Source: Ginglymostoma cirratum (lineage: Eukaryota). Taken from it: DNA of 64,000 nucleotides. The translations under genes and the position numbers were made by a program. This document shows positions 33,556 to 48,989 of this stretch, piece by piece. The DNA is taken from assembly GCA_024137785.1 (NCBI GenBank), contig JAHRHZ010000115.1, positions 418,668 to 482,667 on the forward strand, read 5' to 3'. Every line of letters starts with the position of its first letter. Positions within the stretch are counted from its first letter, which is position 1. The notes under the pieces are model-generated. The model did not search any database, had not been told where the DNA came from, and saw only the letters and a list, made by a program, of their open reading frames with translations.

Positions 33556-35967
33556 ATAGATAAATGGAATCAGAGACAGACAGTCGGACAGAATGAATAG
33601 ATGCATGAATGGACAGATAAAACAATTGATGGATGACTGCTCGGGTCTGAAAATAAATGCTTTTGTGAAATTCTAAACGTCATATTTGCTGTCTTCATTA
33701 CATGAGGCAGGTCCATTATTACGTTTGTGTCAGTCTGTCACCTTCAGTCCTTCGATAATCCCTTCATAATTAAAAAATCTCACACATCAGGAACTGACAA
33801 GTTGAACTTCATCGACAGCAATAAGTAGATGTCCCTATGGTACTCATGATCATTTTCGGCTGATTCTACATTTTCATCTTAAACACCGCAAACGAAGACA
33901 TGCCTGGATTCAGAAGCAATTATATCAATATTTGAAACATTTGGCCTCATCATATGGAACAAATCACTCAGCATATCTTCACCCAAGGTATTTCAGTCAC
34001 AGCAAAAGTAGTGCTGATCATTGGAACAATGCCTGTTGCATTTGCATTTGCAATTATGTTGTTCTATGTTTCTGTGACATGAAAGTAATCAAACTGCTTC
34101 TTTTCAAATGGTTGCTGTTCTGTTGTGTGATTTGTTGCGCATGTCGAGACAGGTATTGTAATGGTAAATGCCTCCAGCAATGCATCAATAAGAGAATTTT
34201 TGGGAGTAACTTGTTACACAGATTTCTGTTCCATTTTCATCGAGAAGAGAACATCGTTTTTGAATATTCCAAGGTAAAAACAGAGAAACAATTATTATTG
34301 ATCAGTAATTTCTGAATTATTTTAGATGAAAAATTATCAATACCATTTGCTCCTCCTCGTTTAAGAGGTTCTATCCCATATCCTGAGATTATTAAAACAA
34401 TCCATATGCAGTTTCAATTTGCCCTCAAAGAGCAACTGTTAGCGGTAAGTGTTTTGCCACCAATTTACGGAAGGAGAGAAATATGAGTGAAGACATAATC
34501 CCAGGCCAGCAGAATTCCTCAATACACTATATTACAAAGAAATCAACACTTCTCCATATTTTCACCATTCCAACTTATCAATAAGAAGTTAGATATTGCT
34601 TAATTACTCGTGGTTTCAGCCTATTCAGAGTTACATTTTCCCCAATTTTCTGAAGCCTACGGTTGTCTGTAACTGACTGGTGTCTTCCGTTCAATTAATG
34701 ATTGCCAACATTGCCATCATTTCAAATTGATTGATGCATTGCAATCTAATTTTGATCTTCAAACTGTGATATGATTAAAAAAACTTTAATTAGAGAAGAT
34801 TAGACAATTCGTTTATAATTCATTGAATTACTCTAAAGTTCTAGGTGACCTATTGTATGTTTTGATTTTTATAACGAAATTTCTGGAATAATAGAACTAA
34901 TCTGGAGTCAGTTCCAAGACCACGTTCACATTACTATCGGGAAGAATGCACAAGGGCCGTTCCTAAGAGACCCAGAGTCAATATGAATTATCAATGCACC
35001 CGCCCTATAATTCAGGCATTGAATGTCTGGAGTTCAATCTATTTCGGTCTTCTTGATACATAGTTGCAATGATAGCAAATATCTGGATTTCCAACGGCGG
35101 TTCCGTTCCCCTACATTCTCCTGTGCTGTTAAACTGAATATCCTTATGCCTTCCAAGTTCCACACATAGCATTCATTGCTACTATTTCAAAGAATTGAAA
35201 GGGATTTGTCCCTGTTGTATTGTAAAATTTTGTTATGCTTCCAACTCCATCACAAAAATAGATGATTGTGTCATGACCGCGTTGCTAAGTTTTGAGAACT
35301 TGCTGTGTACACAGTGTCTCCTAAAATACCTGTTTTACCATCCTCAATATACTTTGCACGTGCATCTCTTATGTAAAGGGATGGCAGGGAACAGTCAAAC
35401 CCGCCCCCAACCAACGCCTTTTCTCTTTGCTCCTTGTGAAAACCGTGTTGTCAATTTTAAGTTAATGAAGGGTAAACGTTTTTAACTTTCTTAATTCATG
35501 TTGCTGATCTTGGCTGAACGGGATGAAACCAGAGTCATGTCTAGGGAGCATGTGAGCATTAATTTCTATGTCAGCCTACATTGATAAGGAAGTCAAGAGC
35601 ACTCGAGAACCAGTGTTCAGAAACCGGCTATTCTGCTTCTGAGGGCTGCACAAACTGTTTGAAATGACTGTCTAGTTCGTCACAAACAGTGTCTACCCCT
35701 TCATTTTCTACATAAGCCACGTTTACAACATTGCAGATCACATCTGATAATTCATTAGATCCTACGCAAATTTTCCTCTGTATTGGCTGCTCATTACCTG
35801 TGCCCTGTTTTAACCATATTTTGGTTTGAAAATTCGGGAACGATGAGTCATTGTCACAGTTCCTGGAGAAAGAGTAGCCACTGAGATATCAGTTAATGTT
35901 CCCGAAAAGAAATGAGCAACAATGAGAATTGGAATATATTAACATTCCCACACAGATATACCCGTGA

Positions 35968-35969
<2 letters not shown>

Positions 35970-36017
<48 letters not shown>

Positions 36018-36018
36018 A
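35970..36018. repeat. (CA)n microsatellite
   Basis: About 21 CA units. Confidence 0.95.
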
Positions 36019-36059
36019 TAATTGCAAAATACATGATCATTTCATTACAGTCAAAATAT

Positions 36060-37330
36060 AAGCAATTTAGAATGAATCTCGCAGGATTCTGTTGAGATTG
36101 AAAGAAAGCAGAAAAGAGGAAATTCTAGGTTGGCTGATATTGTTTAAGTTGGAACAGAGGAGGTTGAGGGAATTTTTTTTCTTGAGAAGCACACAAATGC
36201 CATGGACTGGACACAATAGATGGGGGAAACCTCTTTAGCTTGGGGGAAAGAAAAAACTCAGTAAATAGGGTGTGTGCGGATATAACTGTCAGAAAAGTGA
36301 CAGGGAAGATTCAGGACGCACCCACCCTGAAATCAGTGTAGAGACAGGAACACACAAATAATTTAAAATGTTTTTGGATATATATTTCAAGTGTTATAAC
36401 CTGCAGAGTTATGGGCCACATCCTATAAAGTGGACGTAGACTGAAAGGTTCTGTTTTCAGGTGTCACGGACACGATAGGCGAAGTGGCCTCTCTCTGTGG
36501 TGAAAACTTTCCACAATAGTAAAACCATGCTTTCCCCCTTTTCTAATTCACCTGATTTATACCGGAAGTGTCCACGATTTCGTTTCAGTTATATCACATA
36601 TCAATAGATTCCATCCCATACTTTGTCTGTTAACGTGAAAAATAATGGTCTAATGGTCCCCAGACGATGTCCAGGGCAACACTCCTTCATTCAGCTAAGG
36701 TCAGAAAAATGAATTAACAAAGTTAAAGACACCCACCTTACTTTTGCACAAATCAGCCAGGTTCATTTCAATTAGACGCTAGTTAAAATTCAGAACATTT
36801 CTTACAAGATAGATAAGCCTCACGTCATTGGAAACAATTTTGTTTGATACAAGAATCCATCGTAGAGCAAATCTTATGTATTCTTATGCTCGTTTTTTTT
36901 TGGAGTAACACAAGAAATGATGATCTAGTCCAGTTGGTGTGGCACGTGGGAACATAGCCAAAATTTATTTAAAAACGTCCTTCACAAGAGACGTAAGAAA
37001 AAAAGTTCAGAAAGCATGGATCAAAGGGTGAGATTCTTTTGGTCTCAATAAGGTTCATGGTGACATTCTGCAGGGGTCAGTGCTTGAACGTGTGAAGGCT
37101 TTCATCTACATTTTTGACTAAGATATTGATGTACTGTGGACATCTTCACAATTTGATTTAACATGAAATTAGCAACCATTGTGAATCATGAGGAAGATGG
37201 TTCCAAATTTCATAAGGATCTAGCGAGTTTCGTGGAATGAACCAATGCATGACACACAAATCTAACACACAGATTTTTGACATGATTAATTTAAGTAGAA
37301 AGAACGGAGACACACAAATTCACTTCTCTG
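36060..37330 (+). mobile_element. Very old CR1-like remnants
   Basis: Decayed 3' end (36100-36520) and RT core (QGSVL-like at about 37070). Confidence 0.45.
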
Positions 37331-39559
37331 TATTCCAAAAAAAACCTAAATTACTACTCTGTTCTAAAATACCAGGGTCTTTTGTCTGTTTAACGTTAAC
37401 AGACGCTGTCATTATTCCTGGTACCGAGATAGTTTCTTGACTTATTTCACTCAAACCATGTCTATAATACACTGTACTTCGTCTCAGTAATGCCTGAACT
37501 TGGTCTGGTATCAGCTTGTACCATTGAAGGTGCTGTTTCAGCAATTGAATCTCACCACCTTTTCCACATATTGTCAAAATACCCTGTTTCTGTTTAGATC
37601 GAAATAGATCCTATTAATATCATACCAAATCCAGCCTTGGTTACTTTGTATTTATTCATTTTAAATCTCTTGTTTTCTCATAACCCTGTTTACAAAAAGC
37701 AAATCACTTTCCTTAATTTGATCTCTTTTTTCGCTCATAACAGTTATCCAACTCTATTTTCGATGAATGAATTAAAATTCAATTGAAGACAGCTTCAAAA
37801 TGTTAGGATATATTAATACACATTCTACAGTATGCTGTAGTGTATATAATACGGTCAGACCATTTATTTCGCTTCCAGAGTTACCATAGTCGTCTCCACT
37901 GATCAAATGAAAGGTACCTTAAATCACATCAAGATGAAGGAGTAACGAATTGTCAAATAGTCATTTCAGCATCTCACAAAGGGAAACTCTTGATCTATTT
38001 CTCGAATGTGTGATAATTTGATATCATAAGTGTCAGAGGGCTAATATGCCTCAAGCTGAGTGGAAGCGTCATGACAGACGTGATTAGAACCTTTTTGTCC
38101 AATGAGAGGACAAATATAATGGATTCTAGAAGGTTGTGGAAGCTCAGGTACCAAAGGGACATCTGACAAAGGATCCGACAGCAATCTGTTTATTCTGATT
38201 CTTATCAACAGCTTTCAATTTTTATAGACACACAATAGCAGGTAACTCGAAGAAACCAATGTTTAAATCTTCTGCTTGAAGCAAGTTATGACTAAGAAGA
38301 TTAAACCAAAAGCTCACCAGAGAAAATGTCACTGTCACAAATTTTAACAATGTCTGAAACTTTGTTTAATGTAGGTTTTTTTTAAAGTAATCATGGTCTT
38401 TGAAAGGATCAAGAAATAATCAAACTTTAGAACAAGGTCTGTCAAAGATAGAGGATGTGTAAATTATGAAATGTTACAGTACTGTGCTTTATTTAAATTC
38501 AATGGCATTCTGGATTGGATACTGAAAAGGTGCTCATTCCATGTATTGGCTCTTCTCATCTGACACACCGACATATCTGTCTGTCATAAAGCCTCTATTC
38601 CTTGCCTTTGTTTACGTTATCAAAATGTAGGAAATCGATCATAATAGAACGTATTGGGATAGGAAAATGATGGATAGCGAACACAGAATCTAAAACTGAT
38701 GGAAAGAACATTAAATCGAAGGAGAGAATAACAAAAATTACAAAGATCAAAAATGTTATAAGGTGCAGCCTACGCGTTCCATGCTTTAGAGAACCGAATG
38801 AGCTCAGCACATGTTCCACAGACTCATTGAAGGACGTCCTGGAATCGGATATTTATAAAGGCCTCAACAGGTTGATTTACAAACATCAATTGAATGTGAT
38901 GTACGATTGCTCACGTGCTCTGTGTCCAGATATAGGCCAGCTTGGCAGATATTTCCTCCAGATTGTGTCTCCTGGATTTAATTTCTGATCAGAAGTGAGA
39001 CGTGTGGCTTGCTGCCTGCACAGAGAAACAGGATATTGTGTTTCAGTTGAGAATGATGGAATAGGCATCCCTTTCGTGTTATCAGCACAAACAGTCTTCC
39101 TGTCTGTGAGGGTGAACGCACATTGACAACTTCAACAACAACCGCACAGACCGCTGTTTGTCTTAACATTATATTCAATTAAAACACAAGACACATAACA
39201 TTACTTAAACTATAGTACGTTAATTGTGTGAGAGATTAACTGAGAATTATCGCTAGGTGAAAGGTGCTAGGTAATAATTAGTCGCTTCGCTCGTAATCGT
39301 CTCTTTGAAAATAGAAAATTATATGGAATTACAGCATTATCTCAGGTAAAAAGTAAGGAGAGTTTGCATCAGTGAACAGCTTTTTCCACCTTTGAATTCA
39401 CCTCTGGTGATATTTTGTTGTTCTCTGTTTTTTGATATCCATTCATTTAAGATATCAAGAAGACGTTTTAGATGTTGTTACTTCTGAGCTGTCAGACATA
39501 GTCCTTGTCTATTTGAATAAGTCTATTCAATAAATTTCTAAGACAAAGAGGAGACTTAA

Positions 39560-42500
39560 ATGGCTTACCTGATCTCTTGTTCTGCCCCAAGATTGAATTA
39601 TCTAATGACCTCGGATAGCAACGATCACCTTACGGATTTTTTTATTTATTCTGAGGTCACGAAGAATGCCCTTAAGGCTAACATTATTAAATTAAACAAG
39701 GAAAAATACGAAGGCATGAAAACAGAGTGAATTAAAGTGAGCTGGTAAATAATTTAAATGAATAATTAACAACAGTACAATAACAAACATTTAAGGACAT
39801 GTTTCAGAATATACCGCATAGATAATTTATGTAAAGTCAGAAAAACATAACCCAAGGGAAAAAGTGACAATTCATATTAAAAATAAAATGATAACATCAC
39901 ACTTAATGTAAATCTATATTATTGCACACTGATTGGTGGTATTTCAGAAGATTGGACAGAGTGTACAAAATTTGAAGAATAAAGGTTTAACAAGGAAGAT
40001 TGTATCAGAGTAAAAGTGAAAGCTGGCCAGAAAGGTGAAACAGGCAGCCAGAGATAATATAGGTACGCTTTTAAAAATATACCTAACGATAAGGATGCTG
40101 TTTCAATGGAAAGTGCATCAGTGAAAACAATAACCATAAGGAGATGGACAATTAATTTAACAGGTACTTGACGACTGCCCTCCCGATAGAGGATATAAGT
40201 AACACATCAGCAATAGGTGGTAAATCAGGAAAACGAAAAGCGATTAAGATAGCAATAAGACTACAAACGTCAGTGAAATGTTCCTGAGCAAATAGTTGGA
40301 GATCCTTGTTGACATTGCGGGGTTGTGGTGAACTGCATGCTCGGGAATGAGCAGAAGTGACTTGTGAAATATTTCATGTCTTCGTTTCTATTTTCCAAAA
40401 TTTCATAGCTTCAGGAAATGTTCCAGTCGATTGGAAAATTTTGAATCGAAACCTTTTACTAAGAAGAGGAGATAAAGAAAGCTGAAAACTATTTGCCAGT
40501 TAACAGCATCTACCATAAGAAATATATTAGAAACAATTATTAAGTAAATTTTAGCGGACCACTCAGAAACTATCAATGTCATCAGACGGAAATAATATGA
40601 CTTTGAAATGAGGAAATCATGCCGAGAGTTCAATATAGATTCTTGACAAATTAACATGTGCAGGTGATAAAGGGAAAAAAAAATATATGCGTTGTCTTTA
40701 AAAATCGAGAAATCACAGAAACTTAGAAAAATAGAGACCAGGAATAGGCTGTACCTATCATCAAGCTTGCCTCATGATTCAATACAATCACGGCTGATCA
40801 AAGTCTGGTGAACTTTTTCAGCTCTCCCTCTGTGGTAATAATGTCTTTCCCGAGATAAGGCAACCTTAAACGCACACCGTGCTATAGTTGCGGTGTAGCC
40901 GAGACCCTATACAATTAAAGTAAAGCTTTACTGCTCTGTGCTCAAATCACCTTGCAAGTATGGCGAACAACTTTCATAAAATACATTGAATAAAGTGTCA
41001 CATCATAGTTTGTTCCGGAACATAAAACTTTGTCGTGAATTAAGGACAGTCGACATGGCATTGTGCGTGGAGAATCGTGCCTTACTAACCTGATTAAGTT
41101 TTTTGAAGGAGGAACAAAGAGGATTGATGAGGACAGAGAGGTGGACGTTATGTCTACGAATTTCCAGAAGGTGTTCGACAATGTTCCTCATGGTAGGCTG
41201 CTTAGCAAGATTAGATCGCACAGAACAGAGGCAAAACCAAACATTTGGATACAGAACTAACTCGAAGGTACAAGGCAGAGGGAATGATGGGGGGTTGCTT
41301 TTTAGACTGGAAACCTGTGACCAGTGGTGTGCCACAAAGATCAGTGTTGGACGCACTAATTTTCAACATTTATGTAAGCAAATTGGATGTGGATGTAGAT
41401 GGCATGGTTACTAAGTTTGCAGATGACACCAGAATTGGAGGTATAGTGGACAGCAAAGAAGTCCACCTCAGAGCACAACGGGATCTTTATCAGATGGGCC
41501 AATTGGCCGAGAAGCAGCAGATCATTTTAATTTTGATAAACGTGAGTTGTTGCGGTTTGGAAAGGCAAACCAGGGCAGAACTTATATACTCAATGGTAAG
41601 GCCCCGATGAGGTGTTGCACAACAAAGAGGCGTTGGAATGCAGGTTCGTAGTTGTTTGAAAATGGAGTTCGCAGGTAGATAGAATAGTGAAGAGGGCATT
41701 TATTTGCTTGCCTTTATTGGTCAATTCATTGAGTATAGGAGTTGGGAGGTCGTGTTGCAGATGCACAGGTCATTGGTTAGGCCACTGTCGGAATACTGCA
41801 GGCAATTCTGGTCTCCTTGCAAAGAAAGCATGTTATGAAACTTGAAAGGACTCAGAAAATATTTACAAGGATTTTGCCAGGTATAGAGGTTTTGAGGTTT
41901 AGGTAGAGGCTGAACAGACTAGGACTATTTTCCTTGGAGCGTTGGAGTCTGAGAGGTAACACTATTGAGGGTTTTAAAACCATGACGGACATGGATAGGG
42001 TAAATAGACAAAATCTTTTCCTTGGGGTGGGGGAGTCCAAAAACATAGGTTTAAGATGAGAGAAGAAAGATTTAAAAGGATCATAAGGGTTAATTTTTTC
42101 ATGCTGAGGAGGTGTGCATATGGAATGAACTTCCAAAGGAAGTGGTGGAGGCTGGTACAATAACTACATTTAAAAGGCTTCTGGATGGGTACGTGAATTG
42201 GAAGGATTTAGAGGGAAATGGTTCAAATACTCGCAAATAAGATCAGATTTATTTAGGATATCTGGTCGGCTTGGACGATTTGAACCGAACGGTCTGTTTC
42301 TGTGCTTTGTATCTCTATGACTCTGTGAATATGTGGTGATACGTTAGAATGGAGAGAATATTGGCTAGCCAATCTGCACCAAAGAGCAACTGTAACTTAG
42401 TACTTTTCTGATTGTCAAGATTCATTGAGCTGTGTGGCATACGATCGGTATAGTGGCATCAACACATTGCAGTTTCGTTAAATGACTTCACAGAGAGGCT

Positions 42501-45500
42501 GAAAAAAATGTTTGGCAATTTTCTGATAACACATTGATTGGTAGGAATCTTAGTTGTGAAGAGGACATTAGGAAGTTACAAATAGATAGATATTGGTTAA
42601 GTGAATGGGAAAAGATCCAATAAATGGAGCATCATGGCTAAAATCTGAAAATGTATATTATTTCAAGAAGAGTAAAGTAGAAATCGGTGAAGCAGAGGCA
42701 TCAAAACGCGTTTGTGCATCAATCACAAAAGGTGAAAATGCAGGAACTGCAAGTCCGTAGGAAAACAAACAGACTGGTACGGTTTACTTCGAGGCGACTT
42801 GAATACAAGAGTACAAAGATCGTGATATATATATATACGGGGTATTGATTGAGATTGCATCGGTATTCATGGAAATGGATTGGTCCTTATGGAAGGAAGG
42901 ATGGAAATCAGGGAAATCATATCCAATTCTGGAAGAAATTCAGCGAAGGTTTAGTAGACTACTACCTGGAATGGGTGGGTTCTCTAATAAACAACGTTTG
43001 GACAAATGTAAATTGCATACATTTAAATTTGATTGAGAGGGGGCGCTTCATTCAAACATATAAGATAATGAATCATCTTCACATATTAAATGGGAACGAA
43101 CTTTGTTTTGATGATAAAGGGTTTAGGCCCGAAACGTCAAGTTTTCCTGCTCCTATGATGCTGCTTGACCTGCTGTGTTCATCCAGCCCCATGCTTGTTA
43201 TCTCGAACATTTCCACTTTTTGCAATCAGTGGTCACAGTCGAAAAATTAGGATTTGCCTACTTAAGACAGAAGTAAGAAAATCTACTCACTTGCAGTCTT
43301 TGGAATTCCGTTGATCAAAAACCGTTGAAGCAGAATTTGTTAATCTCTTTTTCAGGTAGTGGGAGATTCTTGTTAAGCGAGGGAATGAAAGAATATTGGA
43401 TGTAGGCGAGAATGTGGACTAATTGGCTGAGCAGTGTCATAGATGGGGTTTCTTGTATTTATATGCATTTGTTTACATTAATAGGCAGTAATTAATCTAG
43501 TAGTCTCGTTTTCGATGCCTATCTATCAATTGTATACTGCAGTTAACCGAAGCAATGTCTACTGCATTAATACTTGAACGAGAATCTGACAGATAAATTG
43601 TGTATTAAGTCAAAAACAGATAGGTTCACTCATGAATGAGCTATCGCGAACAAAGTAAAATCTTAGATGAAGTCAAACTTAATATTAACCAAGACTTTCT
43701 GCAGTGAACCTGAACCTCGGAATTTGCCGCCTCTCCACTTAACAGTGAGATAGCCTCCTGTATCTTTTTCCTTCAAAAAAAAAATTTCATGCGTTTTTGA
43801 TGTCGCTGGCTAAGCTGTCATGAAAAAGAAATTTTTGACTCTTCTTGAGTTGAATGGCTAACTCGTTCATTCTTGAAGGAACTTGAGAGTCAATAACTTT
43901 ACAGAAGATTGCTGGCAAAGTTCTGTGGACACCAGATTGAAAGGCAGATATGTGACATTTCAGGGAAGTGTAAAAACAATAGGCTTATAATGGTAGTGGA
44001 TTTCAAGAGCCCTAATATTAACGGGCTTCACAATATGAAGTGCCCAGAAGGGGCTGACTTCTTAAAATGTGTCTGGAAGAGTTCATTTTAAACGTCAGAA
44101 TTTAGACATTTCCACAAAGTCCTGTGATGTTGAACTTAATCGTAAGGAACCAAACTAGGCAAATGGTAGAAGGGTCATTTGGAGAGAATTTTGGTGTTTG
44201 TGACTGCAAATCTGTAGGATAATATATATCAATGGAAAATAACAAAAAATTGACGAAAAATATATGTTTTGAATTAGGGCAAGGCCGAATTCACTCTGAT
44301 AAGTTTGGATCTCGCCAAAGCAGTTTGGGAGTAATTACCTGCAGGAAAACCTACGTCAGAAGCTGGGAACTTTTTCAATGAGAAATAATGAATTTATTCC
44401 TCACAAGTGAAGGCTGGTAGCAAAAGTTCCAAAAGGCAGTGTAGGTGGAGAAATGTAAAGGATTTGACAAAGGAAAAAAAAAGGTTGATGTGAGACACTG
44501 AGGTCTCAGTATACCAGAAACCCTGGAAGCACTTAAGTCTTGCAGGATATTGTATAAAATAAATTCGTAATGTAAAGAAGGAGTAATGTTTAAAAGAAGT
44601 GTGGGTACAGTGGAGAAAAATTCAAACGGCATTTTATGAGTGAAAAAGTAGCAAGCGCATAAAGGCGGAATTATTGTGACACATGTGGAAACAAAGTAGT
44701 AGTGCTGAAAGACTTTGGTTATGTTTTGATACAATATATGGCATCTGTGTATTCACGACAAAGAAGAAAGATATAGAGACATAAATCAGGCAAGAAAGCT
44801 GTGATACTTTAAGAAATTTCAACTGAGATGAAAAAGAATGAGCTATTTCAGTGGTCATAATATTGCATAAGCTACAAGCCCCAGTCTCCGAGACAATTTT
44901 ATAGGTTGTAGGGGGCCTGATATTACTTTTCAAATAACCTCTTTATCAAAGGTAAACGCCAGAGCACTGGAGGTTGGGTATCATGACTATTCAACAATTA
45001 ATCAATATTGCTGTAGGAATCAACCAGGGAGCTAGATGATAGATTATTGAATCTAGTATCATTGCTTGGGAAATTATTAGAAAAAGAAATTTGAGAAGCA
45101 TTTTTCATTAAAAATTGGAATTTTAAGGTTTAAATAATAAAATGAAGAATGCCTTTGTTGGTCATTATGCCATATCGGACTTGATTTCAAAGGGGGTTAT
45201 GAGATATATGTTCGAGGGTAGGAAATGGATGTACTCCCATTGACTTCAAAGATGTTTTTGACAAGAACTTGGATCTTAAATTATTTAAGAATTTTATGCC
45301 ACCCAAATCGTAACCAAAGTTTACTTTGTGGCAGAAGACAGAGGGTGTTGGTCGTGGTCCGCTTTCTGAAGAAACCCTGTGTCCAGTGGCATATTGCAAG
45401 GTTTTAGTGCTGAATCCTTTGCTGTCTATAATGTATGTTAGTGTTCTAGTCACGAATGTAGGTATTTCAATCAATACGTTGAGGTGCAAAAATATGTGGT

Positions 45501-45680
45501 ATTGCAATTAGCCAGGAGATAACCTGAGACAACTGTATAATAGAGATGGTCTTGCCTATAGTACAGAACAATGGAAAATAGAATATTAGCCTGAAACTAG
45601 CGAAGTGAAAGACTATCAAATCAAGAGAATACATAAGGAAGGTAGCAATCCATAAAAGACAAAGGACAGGCGGTGTTCTG
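39560..45680 (+). mobile_element. Nest of CR1 LINE fragments of different ages, mostly +; best preserved 41050-42325
   Basis: ORFs 41063-41260 (SCLTNLIKFFE) and 41245-41610 (SGVPQRSVL...KFADDT). Endonuclease remnants at 39570-39750 and 43900-44350. Small Penelope terminus at 43110-43207. Confidence 0.8.
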
Positions 45681-46090
45681 GGTGGGTGCAGCCCCAACTA
45701 CACTCAAAATGCTTGACATCATCCAGGACAAAGCAGCCCACTTGATTCGCAGCCTATCCACAAGCATCCATTCCTTCCAAATCTGACACTCATCAAATGC
45801 AGTATGTGCTACCGATAAGGTACACTCCAGAAATTTACCAATGCCCTTAGTTGGCATCCTGACACACTACGACTTCCATCTCAAAGGACAACAGCAGCAG
45901 AAATATGAGAAGAGCAACACGAACAAGATCCCCTCCAAGGCACTTACAATCCTGACTTGGAAATATATCACAAATCCTTCATTGCAATTGGGTCAAAATC
46001 CCGGAATACCTTTTCATGAGGGCATTTTGGATCGTGTCACGTCAGAAAGATAGTTCATCGCCGGCTTCTAAAGTGCAACTAGACGCGAGT
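45670..46090 (+). mobile_element. 3' fragment of second LINE family
   Basis: WVGAAPTTLKMLDIIQDKAAHLI LINE C-terminal motif at about 45680-45750. Confidence 0.7.
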
Positions 46091-46457
46091 AAAAAAGAAT
46101 CCTGTAACCCACAAGTCAATCACAAAATAATAACCTTGAACCGAAATCGACAGATCAATAACGTATTTAAACACGCACTATGAGTACTTAATAAACAATC
46201 AAAAGACTTCCTGTAAATTTCCAGAGTCAGGGTTTCAATTTCTACCATGGTATCTTCAATTAATTTAAGGATTTGAAATGAAAATGCTAGCGTAATTGAC
46301 GAGAATCATAAACTTACCAAAGTCTTGGAGCACCTCAACTGGTTCAGTATTGTCCTCCAGAGGAGGAAGCCTGTTCTTCCGACCTGACCTAGCCTCCCGG
46401 TGCAACAGTAACGTGCTTGTCCCTTAACTGCCAATAACCTGACGAAGAAGCCAATAA

Positions 46458-47050
46458 AATAAAAACTGAAAGAACTGCGGATGCTGTAAAGCAGAAAGTT
46501 TCTGGAAAAGCTCAGCAGGTCTGGCAGCATCTGCGAAGCAAAAAATAGAGTTTACGTTTTGAGTCCAGTGACCCTTCCTCAGAACTGATGGTGGCTAGGA
46601 AAACGTCAGTTTATCTGCAGAAAAAAGGCAGGGGAATGTGGTAGGCTGTAAACGATAGATTGGAGCCTAAAGAGAGAAAAGAGCAGTTGGGTAGACAAAG
46701 AGTTTATAACGATCAGGCTGGGAGGGTGAATAGTTGTTAATGGAAACTATTATGACTAACAAAATGTGGTGCGTAATGGCAAACTATGTAGTAACAAGGC
46801 CTGGTATATGGAGTAGGGGACTGGGACACAGGAGAGTTTAGGCTCTAAAATTATTGAACTTAACGTTCAGTCTGGAGGGCTGCTGAGTCCCCAAGCAGAA
46901 AATGATGTGTTGTTCTTCCACCTTATGTTGAACTTCCCTGGAACACAGCAGCAAACCAGAGAAAGAGATATTGGCCAGGGAACAGGGTGGCACGTTATGG
47001 TGGCAGGCAACAGGTAGTTCACGTTCTTTTTTTTTGAGAGCAGAACGTAG
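46458..47050 (-). mobile_element. Penelope-like element 3' end (family B)
   Basis: ORF 46838-47140 (HKVEEQHIIFCLGTQQPSRLNVKFNNFR) is a GIY-YIG C-terminus. Opposite-orientation homolog at 56930-57510. Confidence 0.8.
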
Positions 47051-48989
47051 ATATATGAATAAAGAAAATATGGAAGCGTGGCTAAACCAGACAGCAGCTA
47101 TATAAATTGATTGAATTTCCGTGGCAGTTCCTGATGTCATTTTAATATTTCATATGAATATTCTCGAACGTCCTTTGAGCGTTGTTGAGCCATTGGATAT
47201 TTTCTGGTCGAAATGGATTAAACTATAAGTTAACAAGATGCTCAGAATATTTCAAGTAGTACAGAAATGTTTTATTGGCTGTAACTGCTGAACTTCCGGA
47301 ACTGAATCCTTAACCTAAATTAAACTTCAAAATTGTATTTATCTTTTGGAAATAAATGACATCTGCTGCAGTTGATTTTCAGGACATTTCTATGCATTTC
47401 TGTCACAGGTCAACATTTTAAAATAAACTAGTTTTGATTTAAAATTTATCAATAAATAACTTTGGTCATCTGGCTTTGTCGCCATTAACACTTCTTTGAA
47501 ACCAGTGAAGCGTTTATGCAAATAATCACAGAAATTTAACTCTCAATATAGATTACAGAACAACAAAAGCACATTTTATCTTTACCCACCAACACAGCAC
47601 ACACATAGTGACAAAAATGCAAATAACTCAACGGATTAAGATCCTAATTAATGTTCAGGCTTGTTTTTATACATAATTCATATGATTGTCGAATCACAGC
47701 GATATAAACTTTCACGTCTGGTTAAAAGGAAATATACATCTATTTGCGAGATACGTTGGCACAGCCAATGTTTCTATCTCTGTCTCTATCTATCCCTTTC
47801 TCTCTCCACCTCTCGCTTTCTACCCTTGGTTTTTTTTTAATATCCGATGACGGGTTTTGCCTCTGTAAAATCGGACAGTACTTTCTTCCATAACATGAAG
47901 TCAACACCTAACCTAATATCCCCTCAACCGAATTCATCCGTTTGTTTTTCGGTCGGTTTGATTCAATGCAGCAAGGTTTTCCCGAAAATGTATCCTTAAT
48001 TATTCAGTGATCTGGAAGTGCTTGATGGGAATGCACGGAAGGGTTTTTTTCCCCCTTGAGACTTAATCTGTGTCTCTCGAGGTTGTAAGATTTTGCTGTG
48101 ATAGTTCTGAAGGGGCTTCTCAAAGTATCTCAGCAGTCTTGTTAGGAGCAGAAGAATGTTTGCTAGCGTAGTGTAATGCGTATTTAGTCTATAATTAATC
48201 ATTACTGCACACCTCATCGAATGTTTAACATAAAAACGAAGAGGGCGATTTACTCTGAATCGAAACTGCTGCTGTCCATGTCCTGGAAGTGCGCTTTTAG
48301 AGGATACACTTCTATACCGCATCTACACCATTACATACTTGTCAAGAATATGTTGGAGAGAACAATGTAGAGAGAGATTTATTCTTCACATAATGTGAGC
48401 TGCACAATCATTGAAAGCATCTGATGAAACAGCGTAAAAGGGTCATAAATTCTTCCGTTGTCTTGGCGATGTCGGAATATTTGACACCAGAATAACAAGG
48501 GATCAAAAACCTGCGGTGAACTTTTGCGATACAGACTTCTGTTGAATGTGTGTAGCGGTTGAAAGTATGAGATAGATGTAATATCTGTATATTCCGTGTT
48601 CCACGTGCCAATAGTATGTATGTTACGGGAGTTTAACTGTGGTTTAAATCTGTATTTAACATTATCTGTAGCTGCCTTGGTTGTATTTGATAAATATTCA
48701 ACAGAATCCAAATCCAGGTGTGACTACCACGTCAAAGAATGAGTGAGAACGCGCAACATCCATAGATGACATTATGAGGAAGTTTTTTGTTTACGATGAG
48801 GGGGAATTGAAGTGGCTCAGCTGTTCTTGTAAAACATGAACCTGAGGGGAAATTTAATGTGATCTGTAATAATTCTAAAATGACTCCCTTCGAGGAAAGG
48901 GAAATTATGGGACCATGAGAAATAGAACCAGAAGTAAACAATTCAGCCAATGGATTTATCTCTTCCATTCAATGAAATGATAGTTGAAC

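Noticed and set aside
39564-39574. CTTACCTGATC donor-like motif identical to the one at 3667
   Set aside because: Lies within a decayed CR1 endonuclease region on the opposite strand.
47996-48968. Several 67-110 aa ORFs in non-repeat sequence
   Set aside because: No recognisable domain or convincing exon structure; a BLASTX search would be needed.
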